Shown piece after piece: positions 23,251 to 35,560 of a DNA stretch of 45,815 nucleotides. The stretch's first letter is position 1; the number at the start of each line of letters is the position of its first letter. Both the position numbers and the translations under genes were made by a program. Below the pieces are notes generated by a model. It was not told the origin of the DNA, did not search any database, and saw nothing but the letters and a program-made list of their open reading frames with translations. Source of the stretch: Octopus bimaculoides (lineage: Eukaryota); contig NC_068990.1 of the NCBI RefSeq assembly GCF_001194135.2, forward strand, positions 11,649,601-11,695,415. Direction: 5' to 3'.

Positions 23251-23834
23251 AATAATATGCTACGCAAAGTAGATTAATACTATAAAATATATAATACGAG
23301 CATAACCGCCTTACAGAAAGTCGGTTTACAGAATTTACAGGATTCTGCACTCATGAAAATTTTAGTACATCGCCACTAATTTTGAGATGTGTGTGTATGC
23401 GTTTGTGTGTACCTGCGTGTGTAAACGTGTATGCGTCTGTGCATTCGTGTGTACGTTTGTGTGCATGCGCATGTCTGTGTTTATGTGTGAATGTCAGTCG
23501 GTTATAATCCCTAATGCACTTGTAAAAACGCCTTAGCTAGTGACAAAATTTTGCTAGAAAATGTCAGATTCGTTATTATATTGATAACAAGTCACGGGGA
23601 CATTCGAAAAAATTTTAGAATAAATCCTGACTAATGCCAAACTTTTTTCTAGAAAGTGTCAAATTCGTTATTTTAGTGATTCAAAAGTCATTTGGATGAT
23701 CTGAAAACGATTTTCGTGTGTTTCAGAAATTTATTTTTGGATACGTCTTACACAAATTTTCTCAAAGCCAAGTCCGTTTTGAATAATTTCTTTGACGCAA
23801 GCATAACAAATTTGTATTACTTGTCACTTCGTCA

Positions 23835-24042
23835 AGGCGTAGAACTGGCAGAACCATCGGCATGTCGAACAAAATGCTTAGCGGCATTTCTTCCTATTCT
23901 TTACGTCATGAATTCAAATTCTGCCGAGAACTACTTCGCTTTCATCCTTTCGAATAGGTGCCAATCAAAGTTTGGGGTTCAATGTGACAGACTCTTCTTC
24001 TCCCTCATAAAATTTCTGGCGTTGTGCCAAAATTTTAAATAA
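23835..24042 (+). mobile_element. Diverged SINE family A with 19-bp TSD
   Basis: ATTACTTGTCACTTCGTCA 23816-23834 and ATTACTTCTCACTCCATCA 24043-24061 (16/19). Confidence 0.85.
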
Positions 24043-24763
24043 ATTACTTCTCACTCCATCAGTGGTCATCTATCTGTTCAACAGATATACGCACTCACAC
24101 ACAGCTCGAATCCCTATGGTACAGTGGTCACGTGGCTAGAAGATGGTAGAGGTTCACTCCCTTGCTTGTAATATAAATCGGGGGTAGATCGTATCGAACA
24201 ACCAGCTGGAGTAGGCGTCCTCCTGAGGTTAAAATGGTAGTAACGCCAGTTCTTACGGAACAACCATATCTAAGTGGCGATAAACATCACACACACACAC
24301 ACACACACAAACACATGTATGTATATATATTTATATTCCAATAGGCAGATAGATAGATAAATGTGTATGTATGTATGTATGTATGTATGTATCATGTACT
24401 AGATGGGTAATCTAGGTCGATAGTTATATCAATTATTATATATTAAGCGTAAATTTAATGCATGCATTTCATCGCATAATTCAGTAAAGGGTCAACATAT
24501 TGTTATTGGACAGGCAGTTTTCTCGTACATTGCAACTTCCATCTATAATCTAATTGACAACGACATTAGATTTATTTGCCGTGAGTAATAGTTACACGAA
24601 GACAGAGTAATTGCTGCCTTCTTTTAATTCGGTATCATTATAGTGTGAACAGAGTGCGTGTGCCTCTATCGAGTGATCAGGCAATGTTCAGACATATATT
24701 TTATTTCATAACGATGCAAAAAAAAAAAAAAAATTTTTTAAAGAGAAAAAACTTAGTAATAAT

Positions 24764-24872
24764 TATTTCCAATTTAGGTACAAGGCTAGTGATTTTGAGG
24801 GAGGAGAATAATGGATACCAGCAGCCAAAGACCTTCAATACGCTATGTTTTATTGATCCTGAAAGGATGAAG
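24764..24872 (-). mobile_element. SINE family A 3' fragment
   Basis: GGTACAAGGC and TTATTGATCCTGAAAGGATGAA match the A tail. Confidence 0.6.
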
Positions 24873-25523
24873 AAATTATACATTATATGTGTGTGTTAGA
24901 GTAAATACAGCTGTATTAATAAAACGGACATATATATATATATATATATATATANNNNNNNNNNNNNNNNNNNNNNNNNNNNNNNNNNNNNNNNNNNNNN
25001 NNNNNNNNNNNNNNNNNNNNNNNNNNNNNNNNNNNNNNNNNNNNNNNNNNNNNNNNNNNNNNNNNNNNNNNNNNNNNNNNNNNNNNNNNNNNNNNNNNNN
25101 NNNNNNNNNNNNNNNNNNNNNNNNNNNNNNNNNNNNNNNNNNNNNNNNNNNNNNNNNNNNNNNNNNNNNNNNNNNNNNNNNNNNNNNNNNNNNNNNNNNN
25201 NNNNNNNNNNNNNNNNNNNNNNNNNNNNNNNNNNNNNNNNNNNNNNNNNNNNNNNNNNNNNNNNNNNNNNNNNNNNNNNNATATATATATATATATATAT
25301 ATAGCTACTATGAGGTGTGCGTGAGCATATAAGAATGTATGTATGGTTTATTATGATTATTATTATTATTATTACTTTTATTATGGAAAACAGTTTGTTT
25401 CGTACAGAAGCCTAGCTCATTCAGACTCGTTCGGTAATCTGAGCCTGAACGACTCGAATCAAAATGCTTTCAACAACGTATGTGTGTGAATGCGTGCATG
25501 CATGCATTCACACACATACATTT

Positions 25524-25745
25524 AAGGCGGTGAGTTGGCAGAAGCGTTAGCACGCCGGGCGAAATGCTTAGCGGTATTTCGTTCTTAGTTCAAATGCTGC
25601 CAAGGTCGACTTTGCCTTTCATCCTTTCAGGGTCGATTAAATAAGTACCAGTTTCGCACTGGGGTCGATATAATCGACTTAATCCGTTTGTCTGTCCTTG
25701 TTTGTCCCCTCTGTGTTTAGCCCCTTGTGGGCAGTAAAGAAATAA
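25524..25745 (+). mobile_element. SINE family A, tail subtype 3
   Basis: Full head, internal deletion before the B box, tail to GCAGTAAAGAAATAA. Confidence 0.92.
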
Positions 25746-26592
25746 CAAACATACATACATACATACATACACACAGTTCGCGCGCACACATACCATCAAT
25801 GCTACACTGTGTTGTGTAAAGTGCTCCTTCAGAGGACAAATGAAATATATACGAAGGTACACAGCTTTGGGTAAAAGAAAATACAGGAGAAATAGTTATT
25901 TATGAATTTATCCAACATGTTCTCTCAGATTCACAAACTTATTGCAGCAGTACTACAGTTTTTCTAAACCCTGTAAAAACGGGACACCACGGCTCAAATT
26001 TCCACACCGTTTCTACTTCAAAGCTTCACGCAGTTCTTCCAACAGAACATGTAGTATTCTGCGTTGATGGTGCGACTCTTTGACAGGTATCTTATGAAGA
26101 GTACTCCGTCTTTGTCCCAGAACGCTAAAGTCTTTCCAGCTGACTTCTGGGTCTGAATGTTTTGGGACGCGCTGAACCACTGTGGCGCCACTCCATTGAC
26201 TGCTGCTTGGTTTGAGGATCATAATAATGAAACCAAGTTTCATCTATAGTGGTTCAGCAAACCACAAAATCGGCCTCTTCTGCTGCAGCCAGGCCAAAAT
26301 CGCCTTTGATGTGGTCGCTCTGCATTCAGGCATTTCAACACCCATTTTCCAGAAAGCTTTCTCATGTCCAGACTATTGTGAATTATGTAGCCAACTCTTT
26401 CGCGGGAAATCCTCAGTCTCATCTACGACCTTTAGTTGAAATCCGGTGGTCCTCGAGAATCGTGATGTGCACAGCGTCGGCTTTGTCCTCTGTAGTTGCG
26501 GAAGTCAGTCGTCCTGACCGTGTTCACCTGCAACATCGAAATGGCCAGTCCGAAATCTTGACACTCAAATTTTCACTGTGGAGCACGAGGAA

Positions 26593-26830
26593 TTTCTTAT
26601 TTCTTTACTGCCCACAAGGGGTTACACACAGACAGGACAAACAAGGACAGGCAAACAGATTAAGTCTATTTTATGGACTCCAGTGCGTAACTGGTACTTA
26701 TTTAATTGACCTCGAAAGGATGAAAGGCAAAGTCGACCTCGGCGGAATTTGAACTCAGAACATAACGGCAGACGAAATACCGCAAAGCATTTCACCCGGC
26801 GTGCTAACGTTTCTGCCAGATCACCGCCTT
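26593..26830 (-). mobile_element. SINE family A (subtype 3) nested in the mariner ORF
   Basis: Full-length match; splits EIH from STVK. Confidence 0.93.
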
Positions 26831-26955
26831 GATGGATTTCTGCCGCTTCTTTACCTTGTAAAAAGAGGAACTTCATGATCGCCAATGCTTCAATTTTACC
26901 AAAATCCACTGCACGAGCTGCCATTATGCGTTAAATCTGCAAAAAAGAGAAAGAT

Positions 26956-27104
26956 ATAGGCGCAGGAGTGGCTGCGTGGTACGTAGCTTGCTTACTAACC
27001 ACGTGGTTTCGGGTTCAGGCCCNNNNNNNNNNNNNNNNNNNNNNNNNNNNNNNNNNNNNNNNNNNNNNGAGTGGATTTGGTAGACGGAAACTGAAAGAAG
27101 CTTG

Positions 27105-27154
<50 letters not shown>

Positions 27155-27337
27155 CCACCATCGCTTGACAACCGATGTTGGTGTGTTTATGTCCCCGTAA
27201 CTTAGTGGTTCACCAAAAGACACCGATAGAATAAGTACTAAGCTTGCAAAGAATAAGTCCTGGGGTCGATTTGTTCGACTAAAGGCGATGCTCCAGCATG
27301 GCTGCAATCAAATGACTGAAACGAATAAAATAATAAA
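26956..27337 (+). mobile_element. SINE family B nested in the mariner 5' UTR
   Basis: Head, gap, CORE-like part, (GT)n, tail B. Confidence 0.92.
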
Positions 27338-28569
27338 AGAGCGTATTATATACCGTAATGAGTTTTTGCATATCTTCTCCTGAATAGGTGTCCTGTCATC
27401 CCTTGTAAAGGTAACAGCTCTACCCTTTCGCGATACCTTTTAAGCCTGGAACTCTTCAGCACCCCGTCGTATATATCGTGGAGCGATGGATCAAAAATGA
27501 CTAAATGGTGATGCAGTCGTATAAATCCTGAGTGAAAGTATGTCGAACACGAAAGTATTTATGCAAGCGAAAACGCTGACCAAATCATTTATACTTTTCT
27601 ACTTTGAAGAAAGGTTGAAAAGAATATTTCTTTCAAATTGCATTGTGTTATCTGTTCTCATTCTGTATCGCCAATAGATTTTACTTTTTATTAAAAGTTG
27701 TATTTCTTATTTTATGGGGATAACATTTCCGACAAGCAAGCTTCTCCGCCACTTACTTAAAGTATCTTATAAGAGGTTTTTCACAAATAAAACCAGATAC
27801 TAATTTCTGATAGAAATGTACGTTTATCAACCGACGAATTTAGCACAAATCACTCAGCATCCAATTTAAAAGAAATATTGTTTTCTGTCATTTTCAGTAG
27901 CAAAAATATCAATTATTTATTTACTCAGTACATTTGCCAACAGACATCATGGCGTATTTTGTTCGTTCAATATTTTTAGTATTGCTCTACTGTTTAGTCG
28001 CGTTTGACCCATTGTATTCCTTAAATATGCCTTCATTTATCTGAGGTCGCTAAAAGAGCGTCATGCGGGACACAAAATTAAGGCTGGCAGTACGCCATGG
28101 ATATCGTGCTTGTAAATAGATTGAACAATATCGGTTGAAGTTGTCAGAGAACTTAATGGATGCGAATGTTTCGTGACAAAGTTTGTGTAAATTGCCTTTT
28201 TCTGTATTTAAGAAATCCAAATCGGCACCGTAATGTGATGCGACAAGTTAATATAGCTCACTTGAGTTATATGACGCGTCAGCATTTCGGATAATATAGC
28301 CGAAGTATGTGTTTGTAATTACCATTAAATAATGGTTCTATTTTTACAATAACCTCATCCAAATTAAAAAGTATGTAGATATACGATGGCAGTCTTCAAG
28401 TTCGATCCTGTGGAACTTATAAAAAATTACTTACCAGGGCTTGCACTCGTCGTGGCACTTTTTCTTTCGTATTTTTATTCTCTGTTAGGGTCTTGCTTTC
28501 TTGGAAGAGAACGATGGATCTTAAATGATTTCTCGGAAAAATTCACCTAACTTTTCAACACATTTCTAG

Positions 28570-29230
28570 ACGCTTAAAATTTTAGATTAAGAATTTTCTT
28601 CATTGCTTTAACTGTTCTACGATCAGCTGTAATTGGAAAATCTGAATCGGTTTGATCAGTACCTTTCTAGGATTTATGAATATCTGTAGCCACGTAGCTC
28701 AGCGCACCTATGGTGACAGGCACATACAAAGATCTATCAAATGGATATAGGACCGGTATGTTTCTTTTTATTTGTTTATCCTTTATCTTTTTACTTGTTT
28801 ATCCTGTAAGTATTTGTTGGAGTTGTTTTTGTTTGACACTTATTTTCAGCACAACCAATTTAATTAAGTCAAAATTACTTATGACAATTAAAAATGTTCT
28901 GCCATCAGCCTATACCTTCGTGTCTTCATCAGCTGTCAATTCAAGCAATGTCATTACGACATGAAATGTTCTGTCACGGCTTTTAATTCTTATCTACAAG
29001 ATGCGTCATTACACTTAGTTCTAAATTGCTCTCTGTCGACTGAAAGGCTTTCCAAGAGCGCATCTTCTTCGGACTCTAAAAATTTGCAAAGGTTCTTCTT
29101 AGTTCTCATGGCTTTACGAAGTGTGTCAATTCCTGTCATTATATTTTGGATAACAAGATTTAGGATGGTTCCCATTACACTAAATATAGATGGTAAACGT
29201 AGAACAAACACTGCTTTATACTTGCAATGA
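28570..29230 (-). mobile_element. Probable 3' part (post-RT and RLE C-terminus) of an R4/Dong-type LINE
   Basis: Peptides KRNIPVLYPFDRSLYVPVTIGALSYV and RTVKAMKKILNLK resemble the R4-type C-terminal pattern LYP..F.PIVIGALGYV and GTVKI.K.FL; many stops. Confidence 0.55.
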
Positions 29231-29279
29231 AACGTCTATGAATATCATATATATATATATCGTATATATGTATGTGCGT

Positions 29280-29495
29280 GTATATGTTTGTGTGTCTGTG
29301 TTTGTCCCTCCAACATCGCTTGACAACCGATGGTGGTGTGTTTACGTCCCCGTAATTTAGCGGTTCGGCAAAAGAGTCACTAATAGAATAAGTACTAGGC
29401 TTACAAAGAATAAGTCCTAGTTTCGATTTGTTCCACTAAAGGCGGTGCTCCAGCATGGCCACAGTCAAATGATTGAAACAAGTAAAAAAGTAAAA
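29280..29495 (+). mobile_element. SINE B tail preceded by microsatellite
   Basis: Matches 43060-43243. Confidence 0.9.
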
Positions 29496-30584
29496 ACAAA
29501 CAAACAAAAAAGAGTCACACTCTTGGTGTTATCAACAGTTTTAACGTGTTTTGTATGTAATCAGAGAGTATTTTCCCGTAGGATTCTTCATATCTGCTTC
29601 ATTGATGATGAAACCACAAGATTTTTATGCTTTTTCTTTCTTCTTTTTTTTTATGATGTGACTTAAAGTACAACATTTGAAATTAGTGTGCGATGAAAAC
29701 AAAATACGTATGGTGGAAAGCGATTCGTACAGTGCTGACCAACATTGGTATTGATAAGTTTTAGAGTAAATGTGTTCAGGTTTCCATCCTGGAAGCCGTA
29801 CAAACGTTGTTACATCAAGTAAAAACTGAAAAGCTCAGCTCAGAGATTTTCTCTATTGGATGAAAACTAGGGGAAAAAAGACGAAAAACACCAAAAAGTG
29901 TGCGGTTTTATCATTAATGCAGCAAATGAGAAGAATGCTGCAGGCACATAGTCTCTGAAAACAAACAAAATACGTTAAAACTGTTCATAACAGTAAGAGT
30001 GTAAATGACCAAAAGTCGCAACAGATATTACTTAGAAAAGCAGATCTTTTTGATAAAAAAGAAGAGATAATGACAAAGCTGATATATCTAAAGCCCACAC
30101 AACTTGCCGAACAATCGCCTAGAACTGTTTTGTTGAGACTAATGACCGAATATCGCTGGGGAAACATTGAGCATCTACCAAATCTGGTACTTCTGAATCT
30201 GAAGATATTTCAAGTGACATATATAACGATGATGATAATATACCCCACGAATATCCACTGGCTTTGTTATCTCCACGGTACAATATTATTCGGAGAAATG
30301 AAAGCATTAGGATTATTTTTTTTCTATTCCTGAAAGAATTAATAAGGACACATTCAAGAAATTAATGACTATTAAATTGCAGTTAATTTGCAATAATTGT
30401 TCATTTTTTAAAATCTTTTATCTTTTAATTTCTCCGTCCGATTTTCTCTTCTTGTTTTCCTCGGATTTTCCCCTCGTTTTACTAGAAATTGGAAGAGCAG
30501 TTTCATTTCTTTTTTACTCGTTCGCTCAGACATATATGCATGTATGTATGCATGTATGTATGTATGTATGTATGAATGTATGTA

Positions 30585-30727
30585 GCCTTGAAGCATCTTT
30601 AATCGAATAAATCGACCGCAGTACTTATTGTTTTTTTTTTTGGGGGGGGGGCTTGATGCTTATTCTATCGGTTCTTTTGCCGAACCGCTAAGTTACGGCG
30701 ACGTAAACACACCAACACCGGTTGTTA
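30585..30727 (-). mobile_element. SINE B tail fragment
   Basis: TTATTCTATCGG..TTTTGCCGAACCGCTAAGTTACGG.GACGTAAACACACC. Confidence 0.8.
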
Positions 30728-32420
30728 AGTAACACAATGCGTCACTCAAACTCTCACTGGACTGATTTTACACCTTTAATTCCATTCCTCCGTCCATCAT
30801 AAATTCTGTTGATGTGGAAGTTACCAATCATTGGTTTGCAGTATCTTTCTAGTTCAGATATCTAAGCTGCAGATTTCTTCAAATGTCCAGTTTAGAATCT
30901 CAATCGTTGCTACAAAAACTGGAACTCTGAATTCATTGTGGGATGTAATCTTATTTATTGAAAGCAGACAGATCTAACTTCCATAAATTCCAAAGTACGC
31001 TGAAGTGTTCTTTTGCTACTCTAACTTTAATCACGGAACCATCTAATCTAATGTTCTCGCCCATCCTGAGATATTTGTAGCATTTATCATTGGATTTGGG
31101 GAAACAGAAAGGCCATTTGTATTCATATTCTTTGCCTGATTGACAATCTTTTCTCTATTGATTACCAAATATGAACATTTTACCTCACTCAAATCTTTTC
31201 CTATGTCCACCAAGAATGTTGTGGCTAATTTTATCTGTCTCTTGGTGTCGGGAATATAACCCGAGTACAACCCAAAATTACCAACAAAAAGCATCTAGGT
31301 GACATTGTTTTTACTTCTTCCATCTGCAAATCCTGTCTTGTAGCTTTTGCATTTCCTTAACATGTTTAGTTGAAAGTGGGTTATACATCTTTAGACGTAT
31401 ACCTGACTTTCCTACTATAAACTTAGAATATAACGGAACGCTGAACTCCAGACTATCAACTTTATTCGGGTGGTAAATATATACATCTTTAGTTCTTGTT
31501 GTTACAGCTTCTGTTGTGTATGAGCATAGTTGTTGGGACGTGGGTATGTAGTTGCAAGCAAGCTGTCGAGTGTAAGTCCGAAAGATGTAGAGAGACAGCT
31601 TAACACGTCCAATGCTCATGGTCGGCCGACCGCAAAAAGAGAAAGATTAAAGCGGGAACGCTTGCTTGTTTAATTCCACGTATGCGTGAGACTACGCATG
31701 CGCACGGCGTTACTACACATGGATGACAGGATGTTTACTCCTCAGACAGAAAACACAACAGATAAGGTATTACCCTTAAATATTCCTGCTAATAGCCTAA
31801 TTCTGTTCGGAACTGTAGAAGTAGCTTCAGTTTTTATCGATATGTCAGTTGACCATGTTATTGTCAGATTCTTAAAGGTAACGAATATAACGGTTGAAAT
31901 TTTGACAAGTGAGAAATAGTCAAATGCTTTCTTATAGTCTAACCAAACAGTCAGCGAGTTTCGGCATGGCTGTTTTACCTCATTAAAACCAGCTTTGTTG
32001 ACGAGGAGCTGTTTAGCACAGCTCCACATTCCATTCTTGCCTCCTGCCTGCTCATCTCTTGTTTTCAGCTATTAGTGCTGTACATTCCACTATCTGCTAG
32101 TCTGGTACATTAAGGTCAGTGTTCGTTGTTCTTTTGAATAGATTAACTAAAGCAAACCTGAGCAGATTAACTAAGCTTTCTGTACCAATAAAAGACTATC
32201 CAATCTACGTTTTGTAGTTTTGCGACGGTCAGTAACGTTTCACTGTTGATATTTTAAGTTTTGGATGTGACATTTGCACATTATTCACTCTGTAGCTCAC
32301 CTAAACACTTTATATCACAGTCTCTAGATCTTTCCTCCAAATGACTCTAGATCATTTGGAGAGAAGTTTTTGCAACCCTGATGGTATGACATTCCATGCT
32401 GTGATATACTTCTAGTGGGC
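30728..32420 (-). mobile_element. Decayed reverse transcriptase of an R4/Dong-type LINE
   Basis: IVFYWYRKL; KQLLVNKA..VWLDYKKAFD (motif A); GIFKGNTLSVVF (motif B); LFVGN (decayed FVDD) followed by TTFLVDIG..KCSYLVI; LNWTFEEICSLDI*TRKIL..GNFH. Confidence 0.87.
31390..31720 (-). other. Foreign insertion inside the RT carrying a KH-like GxxG segment
   Basis: Interrupts RT between motifs B and C; encodes LEFSVPLYSKFIVGKSGIRLK (31389-31451). Confidence 0.55.
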
Positions 32421-33107
32421 TTGGTGCAAACTTACGATTGATGGCGTTATCTTTTCGTAGTTTTTTTTTTTTTTTCCTACAATAGCGGACTTACCGCTTC
32501 GCACTTTGTGTTTAAGGGCAATTTAGCTTATCAACATTTCCGGTAAACCTTAAATAATCTATCATGAAGTTACAGATGGTGATTAGTGAATTTATTATTC
32601 ATTTTGCACTTAATGACAGTTTCTAATTGTCCAATATTTTTTTCTGTGTCTGTCAATACGGGTTTAAAGAGAGGTAATTCATTTTGATTGTTTTCTCAAT
32701 ACTATTGATTTCTGTTATTGCCATCTGCTGGCGAATGGTAACCGCAGCACAGAATAGCAGAACACCCAATGCCCGAAAGCTATTATTCTCGATCTCTGTA
32801 AGGTGTTCCTTAGCTATTTAATCCATTGTGGATAACATCAGATTATATTTTCTATTGATTCGTGCATTTATGTCTGTATATATGTGTGTGTGCGTGAAAA
32901 TAAATACTTTTAGATATTGATTCATAACCTAAGATTTTTTAATAGCACTTTAATTTATGAGTGTCTACTATCTATCCTAATAATTTACTCATGTAATTGC
33001 TTGTTCAGTATGTATGTGTATGGAAGTGTGTGTGTGTGTATTATATATATACATATATATATATACATATACATATACATATATATACATATAAATACAT
33101 GCATACA

Positions 33108-33145
<38 letters not shown>

Positions 33146-33279
33146 TTTAAGTATGTATGGATGGACGGATGGCTCGATGTGTGGTCGGATGCACATACCT
33201 ATGTATGTGTGTATACATATATGCACATACATATAATATATTATTTACACACGCGCACAGACACACACATTTGTTTGGT

Positions 33280-33735
33280 TTAGGTTCTTAATCACGTTCG
33301 TAATCAAATTGTCAGATCTGCTCAGGTCTGCTTTGAGGTGAAATCTTTGTACTGTTGATATAACATTTACATGTTTAATTTAAAAGAAAAAGTGTAGGCT
33401 TGTTGCAGAGTGTAATATTTGGTGCATTTGTCCAAGAGGCTAGAAATGAATGTTTGATTCATACCAGCATTTTAGCTGTCAGTTTTCAATCATGAATTGT
33501 TGATTACAAATGTGTACTGTTTAATATTGTTCACACAAAAATTTTGGCTTTTAGACTTGAACATATATCTGCACAAATGTGACCAATGAGAAAACTTCAA
33601 CGGAACATTGGCTGATAAACTTGTATAGAATTGTAAATTCAGTCCATAATAAGCAAAACTGCAAGATAACGTATAACAATGGTTTTATTTACATTCGCTA
33701 CTGGTCGATAAATCAATGTAACTGTGACAAGCTAG
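33280..33735 (-). mobile_element. Possible highly decayed Penelope-like RT fragment
   Basis: Ordered weak motifs IYRPVA (cf. RPIV), LVTF (cf. LVSFD), YTFSF..LYQQ (cf. F.F...Y.Q); many stops. Confidence 0.3.
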
Positions 33736-34199
33736 ACCAAGCGTATGTGGGCGTGAAGGGGTGAGTGTGTGTGAGTAGGTTGTATGAATGTTTATATGTA
33801 AGTGTATGCGGCTGTATAGTCTGTGTGAGATATATATAATGGTATGTGATTTGTATACGTGTGTGCATGTGTGAGTGTGTGTATGTGTGAGTGTGTGTAT
33901 GTGTGTAGTGTAGTGTTTTATTTATGTGATTTATCGAATAAAAGGAGACTAGATGCGAGAATGTTGTGTATGTGCATGTGGGTCGGACAATGTGTGCCAG
34001 CATTTTGTGTGGGTGTGTGTAGACATGTATGAATTACAACGTGGTTGAAGTGAATGAAGTTATAACGGTGTGTTTTGTATAAAAGTTTATGTATAGAAGT
34101 AGGTAAGTGTGCGTACGTGTCTGTTTCTTCGAGAAGCGAGGTAAGATACAGGATTATACACTATATCTGTTCTGCAGTGTAGTTGGAATGAATGAGCCC

Positions 34200-35560
34200 A
34201 CAACAGTAGGGTGGACGTAGATGGATTGTCGATAAAAGAGAAAATAGGCAGAATGATGCAGGAGACTTGCACAGGAGGATATTAACCATGTGTGAGAAGT
34301 CGATGTTTCGGTGTTTCTAAGGTGAGCTACTCTTAAATGAAAGATAAGCTGTTGTTTACGGTTAAAACCAGAGGTCGTTGATCCAAGGTGTAAAATGACA
34401 TTGCAGATAAAGAGATATAGGTGGCTATGTTTAGAAGGGTTGAAATGACAGGTCAAAGTAATCCACTACAGTGGTCTTCTAAGAGATGCTCTCTTAAACG
34501 GTTTGCCAATCTTATAATATCTGTTGCTCTAGTACATAAGCCACGAAGTCGTCATTTTATGCAGTAACTTATGCGGTTTGTAGTTTAAATGTATTGTTCA
34601 ACGGCGAAGAAGAAGAAATCGTTGTGTTGGGTGATGATGCTTTGAATGAAGAGAGAGGTTATCAATGGGGGATGAGCAACTAAAAAAGGGTCCAGGTAAT
34701 GGAGACAGTGGTCTCTTCGGAAGGAAGGGAAAAAGCATTCACAGAATATGTCGGAAGTAGTAGGAATGATACGCCGGAACAGTTAGTTAGCCGGTTTGGT
34801 GAGGAAATGGAGGCAGTTGGTGGTAAGGTAGATATGAAGCACGAGGATAACAGCAATCAACTTTGCGCGTGCGATGGTATGCGGTGTCAGCGGATGGTTA
34901 GGGATATCCACGTTGTGACGTAATAATCATTTCGCGCGGTTGAGTCTAAACTCGAAGTCTTGATTACAGAAAGGGCGAAAGCATAGGTATTATGAATAAT
35001 GGATTGCAAATTTGGTCAATGTGGTAGAACCGATACAGTTGTGCAAGTTAGTGATTGTATATTAAAGAAACAAATCAAAGATCGGTGTGACCAGTAAAAA
35101 CTGGGATATTGAAGAAACTGAGATAGCAAGGATTGTGAATATGAAATTGTTGTGTCGACGCCCCCAGGTGAAGAAGTAGGATCTACCATGATATATAAAT
35201 AGAGGTAGTCTGACCGTGGAAGGTGTGTTGAGTAGCAGTCGAGTAGCAGTTGTGTAGCGGTTGAGTAGAGATCATCCGAAGGTGCTACATAGCAGTAGTG
35301 TTGAGTCATAATAGTGGCGACGAGGATGAGGTAGCTCACACAGCCACTGGTAGTATTTGAGACATAACAGAAATCTAAGATAGGGTGAAAGGAGTTTATG
35401 AAAAAGAAAAAAGAATTCAGCTTTTTGCAAGTTAGGGTGGTCTCTGTGGCGACCATATAGCTGAAGGGTATGTCTGGTGAACTGGGTGAAAATTTTGAAC
35501 CTGATGGCGCCAATAATTTGGCACAGTCAAGAACCATTCTCATTCCCATAGCCGCCACAG
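34200..35560 (-). mobile_element. Decayed APE-endonuclease LINE (CR1/Jockey-group-like) ORF2 N-terminus
   Basis: SPDI..VATETTL (first APE motif), SGCVSYL, PTSSP, ICFFNI (cf. GDFN), NLQSIIH, downstream TPWIND linker; stops and frameshifts. Confidence 0.55.

Larger units (their letters stand above)
25965..27469 (-). mobile_element. Decayed mariner (Tc1/mariner) transposon interrupted by two SINEs; 3' end missing
   Basis: Peptides KIEALAIMKFLFLQGKEAAEIH (26831-26924), STVK..F..G....GR, ISRERVGYII...MRKLSGKWV (WVP motif), TIDETWFHYYDPQTKQQSMEW (first catalytic D), LLEELREALK; TIR-like TA|CGACGGGGTGCTGAAGAGTTCCAGGCTT at 27471-27442. Confidence 0.88.
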
